In this document: piece by piece, positions 43,521 to 51,770 of the stretch
How the letters are laid out: the number at the start of each line of letters is the position of its first letter
Position numbering within the stretch: position 1 is the first letter of the stretch
Assembly: GCA_020724925.1 (NCBI GenBank)
Contig: DYGC01000002.1
Coordinates: 2,201 to 66,200, forward strand
Reading direction: 5' to 3'
Length of the DNA stretch: 64,000 nt
Source: Candidatus Paceibacter sp.
GTDB lineage: Bacteria > Patescibacteriota > Patescibacteriia > DYGC01
Made by a program: the position numbers and the translations under genes
Notes under the pieces: model-generated
The model's input: only the letters and a program-made list of their open reading frames with translations
Database searches by the model: none
What the model was told of the DNA's origin: nothing

Positions 43521-43787
43521 ATGTCCTTGGTCCTAGGAGTATTATTTTATTTTTCATTCGCATTAAATATTTTTTATTTAAAAGTTTTTGCTTATATTTC
43601 TTCGGGGGTTTTTTTGCTATTTGCAGTTGAATTAGGAAATAGTGCTATTAAAATTATTGGTGTTCAACAAAAACTTGGAAAAATAACAAGATTCTTAATT
43701 TATCTCATGTCTTTATTAATTATTATAATGGTGTTTGTTAGTATGATTTCTGTGGCTATTCTGTTGGCTCAAATCAGAGAAAATTAG
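43521..43787 (+). CDS. small membrane protein (3 predicted TM helices)
   Basis: MSLVLGVLFYFSFALNIFYLKVFAYISSGVFLLFAV...LIYLMSLLIIIMVFVSMISVAILL. Track start 43491 is TTG; first ATG at 43521. Lies 75 nt upstream of the RM gene. Confidence 0.5.
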   Translation: MSLVLGVLFYFSFALNIFYLKVFAYISSGVFLLFAVELGNSAIKIIGVQQKLGKITRFLIYLMSLLIIIMVFVSMISVAILLAQIREN

Positions 43788-43862
43788 TTTGAATTTACTG
43801 ATATTAAGTGTTAAATTAGAAGTAAGATTTTGATTAGTATTTTTTCATAAAATTAAACATAT

Positions 43863-46859
43863 ATGGCATCAATTTTTAAAAACAGTAAAATCAAAGAGAA
43901 TTTGGAAAGATTTGAAGTGCCTGATTTGAAGGATAAAATTAAGTTGGTTAAAGAGTGGTATGATTATTATCACAAAGGCACTTTAAAGCAAGAAAAAGAG
44001 ATCAGTGTAGCACCTCGCTACAGTCAGTTTTTGATTGATTTGTTGGGATATAAAGGCAAACCGGCGGATGGCTATACTTTGGAAAGCGAACCAACAACCG
44101 AAGATAAAGGCGGCCAACGCCCTGATCTTTTATTGGGATATTTAAGTGGTGAGGATCGTAATATTTCAGCTGTGGTAGAACTTAAGGGCGCTGGGATTGC
44201 TTTGGACCGTCCGCAACAACGCGAAGGCAATATGAGTCCGATTCAGCAAGCTTTTAAATACAAAACGCAATATTCCAGTTGTCCCTTTGTGATTGCTTCC
44301 AATTTTTATGAAATTCGTTTGTTTCAAGACAATCAATTGGATTATGAAATTTGGAATTTGGATGATTTGGTTAATCCGGAAGATAATTATTTTCAGTTTC
44401 GTAAATTTTATTATTTACTTTGCGCGGATAATTTTGTGGCCAAGGGTGGTAAAAGTAAAACCGAGGAATTGTTAAGTGATATTAGAGTGGAAGCGGAGAG
44501 TATCAGTAAAAAGTTTTATAAAGAATATCATGAATTGAGAACCAATCTTTTACGTTCTTTGTATAAAGAAAATGAAAGTGTTCGTAGCAATATTGATTTT
44601 GGCATTGAAAAAGCTCAGAAAATTGTGGATAGAGTGGTTTTTGTGTGTTTTTGTGAAGATACCGGACTTTTGCCGGAGCATACTCTAAAACGAGTTTTGG
44701 AAAAATCCAAAGATAGTTTCGGGTCTTTGTGGAATAATTTACAAGGATTTTTTGAGGAAATTGACAGTGGCAGTGAAAAATTGGAAATCCCCAAAGGCTA
44801 TAATGGCGGTTTGTTTGCTCAGGATACGGATTTAATGGCTTTGAAAGTGAAAGATGATGTTTTGAGTAAACTTTTGGATTTGGGGAAATATGATTTTTCC
44901 GAAGATTTAACGGTTAATATTTTGGGGCATATTTTTGAACAATCAATTTCTGATTTGGAGGAAATTAAGCAGAAAGTGCAAAAGGATACGACGGTTAAAA
45001 GTAAACGTAAAAAAGATGGTATTTTTTATACGCCGGATTATATTGTGGATTATATTGTAAAAAATTCTTTGGGTAAGTATTTGGAAGAAAAAGAAGAACA
45101 ATTGAAAAATGAATACAAATTGAAAGGTGATATTTCCGATAAGACCTATGCCAAGCGTGAACGTGAAGCCTATGAAAAATACCAAAAGTTTTTACAGGAA
45201 GTCAGAGTTTTGGATCCGGCCTGCGGTTCCGGGGCGTTTTTGGTAAAAGTGTTTGATTATTTATTGGCGGAAAATCAACGCGTTGGTGCGATTTTGGGTA
45301 ATTTGTTCGGGACTGATGCTTATAATAAGCACATTCTAAAGAATAATATTTACGGAGTTGATTTGAATCAGGAGTCAGTGGAAATTACCAAGCTTTCTTT
45401 GTGGTTAAAAACCGCACAAAAGAATAAAAAGTTGACAGCTCTGGATGATAACATCAAATGCGGTAATAGCTTGATTGATGATCCGGCGGTGGCAGGAGAT
45501 AAGGCATTCAATTGGAATGCAGAATTTAAAGAAATAATGGATCAGGGGGGATTTGATGTGATTGTGGGGAATCCGCCGTATGTGAACATTGCTAATATAC
45601 CAAATAAGATAGAAAGGCAATATTATCAAAATAATTATAAAACAGTTAAAAATAAAAGCGATCTTTATAGTATCTTTTTAGAAAAGGCTACATACTTATT
45701 AAAACCAAATGGTTTATTGAATTTTATTTTTTCTAATTCTTGGCTGGGAACTGATAGTTTTAGTGAGTTTAGAAAGTTTCTTGTTGAAGAAAAATCTGTT
45801 TTGAGTTTGGTGAAATTACCACCTGGTGTATTTGAGGATGCTGTTGTGACAGCGGTTATTATATTGCTTTGCAATTCTATTCCAAAAGGAAATCATAAAG
45901 TTAATTTATTTGAATATAATGTGAATAAGATTGAAAAAATGAAACATAGTTTAAGTTATGAAAGGATTAAGAGTACAATAAATTATACTTTTTCCTTTGA
46001 GCCAGCGATTTGTTTTAAGACAGAAACTGTAAAATTGGGCGATATTGTGGAATTTTCATTAGGGATAAAAACAAGTGATGATAAACGTTTTATTTTAGAT
46101 TATAGAAAAGATGAGAATTGTTATCCCGTATTACGAGGAAAAGACATTTTTCGATATTATGTAGGAAAACCTAAAAAATATATTTGGTACCAGCCAAAGT
46201 TAATGATGGAAAAGGTTGGTGCGGGACCAAGGTGTTTGGAGGATTTTTTGAAACCTAAAATCTTCGTTCAAGATGTTGCCCAGAAAATAATTGCTTGTTT
46301 CGATGAGCATAAATATTTATCAACAGATACATTGTCGTTGGTTTATAATGTCGATAAAAAATTTAATTTAAAATATATTTTGGCATTATTGAATTCCCAT
46401 TTCGTAAATAAATGGTTCAAAAACAATTTCCCAGAAGGATTACATATAAAAATAAATCAATTAAAACAAATTCCAATTCCAAATATACCAACCGAACAGC
46501 AGGAAGTATTTGCTTTTAGATCTGATTTGATTACAAATGCGTCGGAAGAACTGCAAAATAAATTAAGTAAATTTTCTAGTCGTCTGCAATCAAGCTTCAA
46601 TTTGGCAAAAATATCTAATAAATTGGAAAATTTTTACGAATTGGATTTTGTTGATTTTATTAAAGAGCTAAAAAAGCAAAAAGTTGAAATATCCTTAAAA
46701 GATCAGGACGAATGGGAAGATTATTTCAATCAATATAAAAAGGAAATTTTAGATTTGAAATCTCAAATCGATAAAACCGACAAAGAAATTGATCAAATGG
46801 TTTACGCTTTATATAATTTAACGGATAAGGAGATCGGCGTGGTTGAGGGGGGATATTAA
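43863..46859 (+). CDS. Type IIG restriction-modification enzyme (fused PD-(D/E)xK nuclease, N6-adenine methyltransferase and target-recognition domain)
   Basis: N-terminal RPDLLLGY...AVVELKGAG...QQAFKY (D...ExK plus QxxxY nuclease motifs). MTase motif I VLDPACGSGAFLV and motif IV VIVGNPPYV. A C-terminal ~380 aa TRD-like region with a coiled tail. Confidence 0.85.
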   Translation: MASIFKNSKIKENLERFEVPDLKDKIKLVKEWYDYYHKGTLKQEKEISVAPRYSQFLIDLLGYKGKPADGYTLESEPTTEDKGGQRPDLLLGYLSGEDRNISAVVELKGAGIALDRPQQREGNMSPIQQAFKYKTQYSSCPFVIASNFYEIRLFQDNQLDYEIWNLDDLVNPEDNYFQFRKFYYLLCADNFVAKGGKSKTEELLSDIRVEAESISKKFYKEYHELRTNLLRSLYKENESVRSNIDFGIEKAQKIVDRVVFVCFCEDTGLLPEHTLKRVLEKSKDSFGSLWNNLQGFFEEIDSGSEKLEIPKGYNGGLFAQDTDLMALKVKDDVLSKLLDLGKYDFSEDLTVNILGHIFEQSISDLEEIKQKVQKDTTVKSKRKKDGIFYTPDYIVDYIVKNSLGKYLEEKEEQLKNEYKLKGDISDKTYAKREREAYEKYQKFLQEVRVLDPACGSGAFLVKVFDYLLAENQRVGAILGNLFGTDAYNKHILKNNIYGVDLNQESVEITKLSLWLKTAQKNKKLTALDDNIKCGNSLIDDPAVAGDKAFNWNAEFKEIMDQGGFDVIVGNPPYVNIANIPNKIERQYYQNNYKTVKNKSDLYSIFLEKATYLLKPNGLLNFIFSNSWLGTDSFSEFRKFLVEEKSVLSLVKLPPGVFEDAVVTAVIILLCNSIPKGNHKVNLFEYNVNKIEKMKHSLSYERIKSTINYTFSFEPAICFKTETVKLGDIVEFSLGIKTSDDKRFILDYRKDENCYPVLRGKDIFRYYVGKPKKYIWYQPKLMMEKVGAGPRCLEDFLKPKIFVQDVAQKIIACFDEHKYLSTDTLSLVYNVDKKFNLKYILALLNSHFVNKWFKNNFPEGLHIKINQLKQIPIPNIPTEQQEVFAFRSDLITNASEELQNKLSKFSSRLQSSFNLAKISNKLENFYELDFVDFIKELKKQKVEISLKDQDEWEDYFNQYKKEILDLKSQIDKTDKEIDQMVYALYNLTDKEIGVVEGGY

Positions 46860-46875
46860 GAAATAAAGAAAAAGT

Positions 46876-47592
46876 ATGGTTGAGTTATATGATTTATTAA
46901 TAGAAATAAGCGACGCCGCTGATAAGTTATTGAAAGAACAATCTCCGCCTCAAAAGGAGAAAGAAGCTTTGCTTTTATTTGCAATTGGTAAAACAGAGAA
47001 AACTTCTAAGGCAATTTCGTTTTTATGCCAAAGAGGTTTTGGACAAGATGCAGCGATGCTAAGTCGCAGTTTGTTTGAGTTAGCGTTAACAGTAGATTAT
47101 ATAATGTCTGACAAAAGTGGTTATTTAGTAAAAAGATTTTTTGCCTATGATTGGATTCAACGTAAAGAAATGTATGATTATTTAAAAAATTATGATAACC
47201 AATATAAAAATATAAAGAAAGAGGCGGAAATTGCTCAAAAAAAATATAAATATAATAAATATAGGGGGTGGTCTAAGATTAGTATTTCTAGAATGGCTGA
47301 AAAATGCGGTTGGGGGAATATGTATAAAACTATTTATAAAATATTATGTGCATTTACTCATGCTAATACAAGATCTTTTAATGATTATTTAAAAATGGAT
47401 GAAGCGAATAATTTTTTAGTTGATTCTGGCCCCAATACAAGTTTAATTGATGAAACATTAGTTTTGTCAGCATATAGTTATTTACAGGTATTGTATTATT
47501 TTGATAGTTATTTTAATAAAGATTATAAAAGTTATTTGAAGAAAATAGAAGAAAAAATAATAGAAATATGTTCAATAAAAGGATTGAATTAA
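46876..47592 (+). CDS. hypothetical protein, DUF5677-like (tentative)
   Basis: All-helical. GQDAAMLSRSLFELALTVDYI and ILCAFTHAN blocks resemble DUF5677 family members as I remember them. Starts 16 nt after the RM stop. Confidence 0.45.
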   Translation: MVELYDLLIEISDAADKLLKEQSPPQKEKEALLLFAIGKTEKTSKAISFLCQRGFGQDAAMLSRSLFELALTVDYIMSDKSGYLVKRFFAYDWIQRKEMYDYLKNYDNQYKNIKKEAEIAQKKYKYNKYRGWSKISISRMAEKCGWGNMYKTIYKILCAFTHANTRSFNDYLKMDEANNFLVDSGPNTSLIDETLVLSAYSYLQVLYYFDSYFNKDYKSYLKKIEEKIIEICSIKGLN

Positions 47593-47611
47593 ATAATAAA
47601 TATAATTTATT

Positions 47612-49081
47612 ATGAGTGACGAATTGCAACCGGTTAATGGAGAAGAATTTAAAATAGATATAAATAATTTGGCTTCTATTTTCAAAAAACACATTACCAT
47701 AGAAAATAATAATAAAATATTATTTTCCGGGAAGTTTGGAATAGGTAAGACATATTTCCTGAATAAGTTTTTTGAAACTGAAAATAATGAATATGAAGTT
47801 TTTCATTTGTATCCTGTGAATTATCAAATTTTTTCCAATGAAGATATAATAGAATTTTTAAAATATGATATTTTGGTTGAATTATTAAAAAATCATAAGG
47901 ATATTTTTAATCAAAATGATTATTCTAGTATGATAGATTATGAACAGTTATTATATTTATGGGGGAAAGAAAATGTGACAAATATTATAAAAAAAGCGTC
48001 CTCTTATTTTGGAAAGTTGGGGCGACCGTTAAATGATATTATTGTATTGGTAGAAGGTTTTTTAGAATTTAAAAGAAAAATGGAATTAGGGGATTTAGGT
48101 ATAGTAAATGATTTCTTAGATGATATAAAGAAGAGGAAAGTTCTAGAGACTGATTTAATTAGTGACTTAATAAAAAGCAAATTACAAGAAATAAAAAATG
48201 GTAAAAATGTTGTATTGATTTTAGATGATTTGGAGAGAATGGATCCGGAGCATATTTTTAGAATTTTAAATGTTTTTTCTGCTTGTGCAGATAAAGACGG
48301 TAAAAACAAATTTGGTTTTGATAAAATTATATTGGTGGCTGATTACAATAATTTAAAAAGTATATTCCATCATAGATATGGTGAGGGTACGGATTCTTGT
48401 GGTTATTTCGACAAGTTCTTTAGTATTGAGGTCTTTGAGTTTACAAATAATAATGTGGTAATTAATATGGTGGATGATATTATTTCCAAATTCATTATAT
48501 GGGATAAAAGAAAAAATTTGAAAACTGATTCTGATATAGGGATATTACGTTTTATTTTGTCTGACTTTCTTATTAATGGCATTAGTCTTTCAGGAAAGGA
48601 TCAAATCAATTTGAGGCAGTTGTTAAAAGGTATTAAATTTTCGCTTGGATATAAGTTTAATGAGGATATTTTAAATCGTGTATCCTTTCATACTTTGATA
48701 ACTCTACAATATATTAATTTTAGTATATTTATATTAATATCAATTGCTGGCGGACAAAAAAAAGAGTTATTGGTATTATTGGAAAAAATTAAGCAGTATT
48801 TAGTTCATAAAAATAAACTTATTAAAAACCTTGGCGTTCACAGACAAGCAGCAAATTTGTTGTTGCAGGGGGTGTTAGGTAGAGATGCCTTAACTGAATT
48901 TTTTGATAAAAACTGGAATAATTATAATATAAAAGGGAAAAATGGATATATAGAAAGTGTTGTTTACGGTAATGGTAACGGCAAGGATAATGGTAAAACT
49001 CTTGAGGCTCGATTGTATTATGATTTGCTAATTGAATATGTAGAAAATGATTATTATTTAAAAAATAATAATTATAATTAG
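47612..49081 (+). CDS. KAP family P-loop NTPase
   Basis: Walker A FSGKFGIGKTYFLNKFF, Walker B VVLILDDLERMDPEHIFRILNVF, then a hydrophobic insert (LITLQYINFSIFILISIAGG) as in KAP NTPases. Starts 19 nt after the previous gene. Confidence 0.8.
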   Translation: MSDELQPVNGEEFKIDINNLASIFKKHITIENNNKILFSGKFGIGKTYFLNKFFETENNEYEVFHLYPVNYQIFSNEDIIEFLKYDILVELLKNHKDIFNQNDYSSMIDYEQLLYLWGKENVTNIIKKASSYFGKLGRPLNDIIVLVEGFLEFKRKMELGDLGIVNDFLDDIKKRKVLETDLISDLIKSKLQEIKNGKNVVLILDDLERMDPEHIFRILNVFSACADKDGKNKFGFDKIILVADYNNLKSIFHHRYGEGTDSCGYFDKFFSIEVFEFTNNNVVINMVDDIISKFIIWDKRKNLKTDSDIGILRFILSDFLINGISLSGKDQINLRQLLKGIKFSLGYKFNEDILNRVSFHTLITLQYINFSIFILISIAGGQKKELLVLLEKIKQYLVHKNKLIKNLGVHRQAANLLLQGVLGRDALTEFFDKNWNNYNIKGKNGYIESVVYGNGNGKDNGKTLEARLYYDLLIEYVENDYYLKNNNYN

Positions 49082-49082
49082 T

Positions 49083-49118
49083 AAAAAAAAAGAACAGTAA
49101 TTAAACTGTTCTTTTTTT
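49083..49118. terminator. bidirectional hairpin terminator between convergent genes
   Basis: AAAAAAAA-AGAACAGT-AATTAA-ACTGTTCT-TTTTTT. Serves the KAP operon (+) and the 49131-49343 gene (-). Confidence 0.7.
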
Positions 49119-49130
49119 ACTGTTATGTTT

Positions 49131-49343
49131 TTATTGTTTGTGACATGGTTTACAACAATAGTAACATCCATCAGCGGTATTGTATCCTCTTTCTTTTGCT
49201 TTACTAATTGCATCATAGCAATTAGCGAATTTTCCTAAATAAATAGCATTGGGCGATAATGGAAGATGTCCACAATCAGATTTGTGAACTTCGTGATCGC
49301 CATTAGGTTGAGGATTTATATTTATATAATAATCAAATAACAT
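49131..49343 (-). CDS. small Cys/His-rich protein (putative metal-binding), unknown function
   Basis: 70 aa: GDHEVHKSDCGHLP ... CYDAISKAKERGYNTADGCYYCCKPCH. Recalls a widespread family of small proteins of unknown function with the HEVH..C.....C..C..CH pattern. Confidence 0.55.
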   Translation of the reverse strand: MLFDYYININPQPNGDHEVHKSDCGHLPLSPNAIYLGKFANCYDAISKAKERGYNTADGCYYCCKPCHKQ

Positions 49344-49636
49344 TTGTTTTTGGTTATTTTTTTTAATTTGACTTCCCCTAATTCCGTAAATGTGCTATTA
49401 TATTTTTATCAAGAAAAACAATAGTACATTTCTAACTCGACCTTTAATGTTAGTCGGAGTTAGAGGCAAAAATATGGTTAAAAACCATAATTTTTGTTTT
49501 TCGTCTTTTGTATTATATCATGATATGTAGTATTTAACAAGTGGCGGCTAGCGCAACATCTAGTGTTTCGGCGTGGCGTTTAAAACATTTTTTGTGTTAT
49601 AATAATATTAATATAATTATTAAAATCAAATTTTTT

Positions 49637-50185
49637 ATGGAAACCCTCAAACTCATCCTTTCTCTCTGGCCGGTTTATTTATTTTTGATTATTTTTGTTA
49701 TTGGTAAATTGGCTTTGGATTATTTTTTCAAAGACAATAAAAAAGAACACAATCTTTCCGGTTATGAAAAGAAAACGCATTTATTTGATACAAGTACAGA
49801 ATTTAATTTATATAAAATATTGCTTGAACTTTTTGGCGAGCAATATTTTATTTTTCCCCAGATAAATTACAGTCATCTTATTAAAGTTAAAAGTGCCGAA
49901 TGGAAAGAATCCCAAGCATATCGTAGTCGTATTGATCGAAAATCCGCTGATTTTGTGCTTTGTGATAAAGCTCAAATCTTGCCTTTGTTGGTGATTGAAC
50001 TTGATGGTAGCGCGCATAATATTCAAAAGAAACAAGATCGAGATCAATTTATTGATGAATTGTTGAATCAGATTAATTTGTCAATTTTACATTTAAAAAA
50101 CGATGATCTAGATCGTGAATTTGTTAAAAATGAAATTTTGAAAAAATTGGGTAATAACGAAACTGTTATATCTAATCAAACTTAA
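49637..50185 (+). CDS. DUF2726 domain protein (PD-(D/E)xK-like) with N-terminal TM anchor
   Basis: METLKLILSLWPVYLFLIIFVIG (TM), then RIDRKSADFVLCDKAQILPLLVIELDGSAHN...KQDRDQFIDELLNQINLSILHL, the DUF2726 D...ExD/K core. Track start 49541 is GTG; ATG at 49637. Confidence 0.7.
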   Translation: METLKLILSLWPVYLFLIIFVIGKLALDYFFKDNKKEHNLSGYEKKTHLFDTSTEFNLYKILLELFGEQYFIFPQINYSHLIKVKSAEWKESQAYRSRIDRKSADFVLCDKAQILPLLVIELDGSAHNIQKKQDRDQFIDELLNQINLSILHLKNDDLDREFVKNEILKKLGNNETVISNQT

Positions 50186-50196
50186 CACCACCCCCT

Positions 50197-50499
50197 ATGC
50201 CCGCCCCCCACGTTCCTACCGGTTCCAAGGTTCAGGCCCCGGCCGACCAACAGAAAAATATTGCTCATGATTTTGATTTGGAAGAAGCGTCCCTAGATGC
50301 CGGTATGGACGATGAGTCAGCATTGTTAGCGGATCCGTTTCCCTTGTCCGGGTATCATCCCGATAACGCCCGGGCGCAGGAATTGATGAACGATTATGAT
50401 TTGGACGCGGACGCCGCCGCGCGCGTCAGTGATTTGATGGATGAATATGATCTTGATCCGGATTCGGCTATTGCGATGGATGATGCAGACGGGAATTGA
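50197..50499 (+). CDS. acidic Asp-rich protein with internal 16-aa duplication, unknown function
   Basis: ELMNDYDLDADAAARV / DLMDEYDLDPDSAIAM tandem units. Visibly G+C-richer than its neighbours. C-rich leader TTAACACCACCCCCTATG shared with the gene at 51886. Confidence 0.45.
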   Translation: MPAPHVPTGSKVQAPADQQKNIAHDFDLEEASLDAGMDDESALLADPFPLSGYHPDNARAQELMNDYDLDADAAARVSDLMDEYDLDPDSAIAMDDADGN

Positions 50500-50515
50500 T
50501 AAGTCTGTGGATAGC

Positions 50516-50598
50516 GGTGTAATGGGGGATCGTGAAAAGGTGCAATGGGTTATCGTGAAAAGGTGTAATGGGTCATCCTGAAACAAGTTCAGGATGAC
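50516..50598. repeat. three 23-nt tandem repeats ending in a GTCATCCTGAA hairpin
   Basis: GGTGTAATGGGGGATCGTGAAAA (50516-50538), GGTGCAATGGGTTATCGTGAAAA (50539-50561), GGTGTAATGGGTCATCCTGAAAC (50562-50584). The last unit forms GTCATCCTGAA-ACAA-TTCAGGATGAC (50572-50598). Confidence 0.8.
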
Positions 50599-50612
50599 TT
50601 AATTCTACAACC

Positions 50613-50667
50613 CCTGTGGATAACTCGCGAAAACTTTACGTTAATTTAACGTTCGATTTGCTATAAT
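50613..50667 (+). promoter_or_regulatory. 55-nt promoter module with DnaA-box-like 9-mer (copy 2 of 3)
   Basis: CCTGTGGATAACTCGCGAAAACTTTACG...TGCTATAAT. TGTGGATAA at 50615-50623. 46 nt from block start to TGCTATAAT (50659). Confidence 0.65.
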
Positions 50668-50686
50668 AACGTTAATTATTTTTATC

Positions 50687-50714
50687 GTAGGGGCGTATGG
50701 CTATACGCCCCTAC
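50687..50714 (+). repeat. GTAGGGGCG-family hairpin inside the predicted 5' UTR of the Bro-N gene
   Basis: GTAGGGGCGTAT-GGCT-ATACGCCCCTAC. Lies between the -10 element (50662-50667) and the ATG at 50750. Confidence 0.75.
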
Positions 50715-50749
50715 CACAAAATATTAATTTAAAAAAATAACAATAATTT

Positions 50750-51559
50750 ATGGATGCCAAATCCCTATCCTTTTTTAATGGTGCCAAAATTCGTCGTGTT
50801 TGGGACGAGAAAAAACAAAAGTGGTATTTTTCGGTGGTAGATGTGGTTGGGGTTTTGACGGATAGTGTTAGATGCCGGAAGTACTGGAGTGATTTAAAGG
50901 TGAAATTAGCAGAGGAAGGTTTTCAGTTGTCCGAAAAAATCGGACAACTGAAATTTATGGCTAATGATGGTAAATATTACACTGGTGATGCGGCTGATGT
51001 AGAAACCTTATTGCGTTTGATTCAATCAATTCCTTCTAAAAAAGCCGAACCATTTAAATTATGGTTGGCCAAAGTCGGTCGAGAAAGATTAGAAGAAATG
51101 GCTGATCCGGAAAAAGCAATCATTCGTAGTCAGGAGTATTGGCGGAAAATGGGACGAAGTGAGAAGTGGATTAAAAGAAGATTGGGCGGGCAGGAAGTGC
51201 GTAACAAATTAACCGAATATTGGCGAACGCATGAGGTTGATGAAGGCAAAGATTTTGCTTTATTGAGTAATATTATTCACAAAGAATGGTCGGATTTAAC
51301 AATCACTGAACATAAAGAGTTGAAAAACTTGGATAAACAAAATTTGCGTGATCACATGTCAGAAGTGGAACTGTTTTTTACGGCGTTTGCGGAAATGGCC
51401 ACCGAACAAATTGCTGAAAGTATGGATGCGACAGGGCTGGAAGAGAACAAAATCCCTGCCAAGCAAGGTGGTGCAATTGCCAAACATGCGCGTTGCGAGC
51501 TGGAAGAGAAAACCAAAAAATCAGTGATTAGTGGGAAGAATTTTTTGAGGAAAATTTAG
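50750..51559 (+). CDS. Bro-N domain protein (DinD / phage antirepressor-like)
   Basis: KIRRVWDEKKQKWYFSVVDVVGVLTDS...RKYWSDLKVKL, LLRLIQSIPSKKAEPFKLWLAKVGRERLEEMADPE and the C-terminal KQGGAIAKHARCELEEKTKKSVIS match the common Bro-N/DinD-like family architecture. Confidence 0.72.
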   Translation: MDAKSLSFFNGAKIRRVWDEKKQKWYFSVVDVVGVLTDSVRCRKYWSDLKVKLAEEGFQLSEKIGQLKFMANDGKYYTGDAADVETLLRLIQSIPSKKAEPFKLWLAKVGRERLEEMADPEKAIIRSQEYWRKMGRSEKWIKRRLGGQEVRNKLTEYWRTHEVDEGKDFALLSNIIHKEWSDLTITEHKELKNLDKQNLRDHMSEVELFFTAFAEMATEQIAESMDATGLEENKIPAKQGGAIAKHARCELEEKTKKSVISGKNFLRKI

Positions 51560-51770
51560 AATAATTTTGATGATTTTATAAAAATTCATGCAAGAGAATT
51601 ATAATAATTTAGTTTAATTTAAGCCATTTTTAAGGAGTCGTCTACTTCTTGTTAATTGTAATTGACAATAAAACTGGATTTGATGTAAAGAAGTATGAAC
51701 AAACGTTGTAAATTTTTGCTGAATTTAGTACAGAACGAACTGCTCGAAAATCTTGAATAGTTCAATAAAA

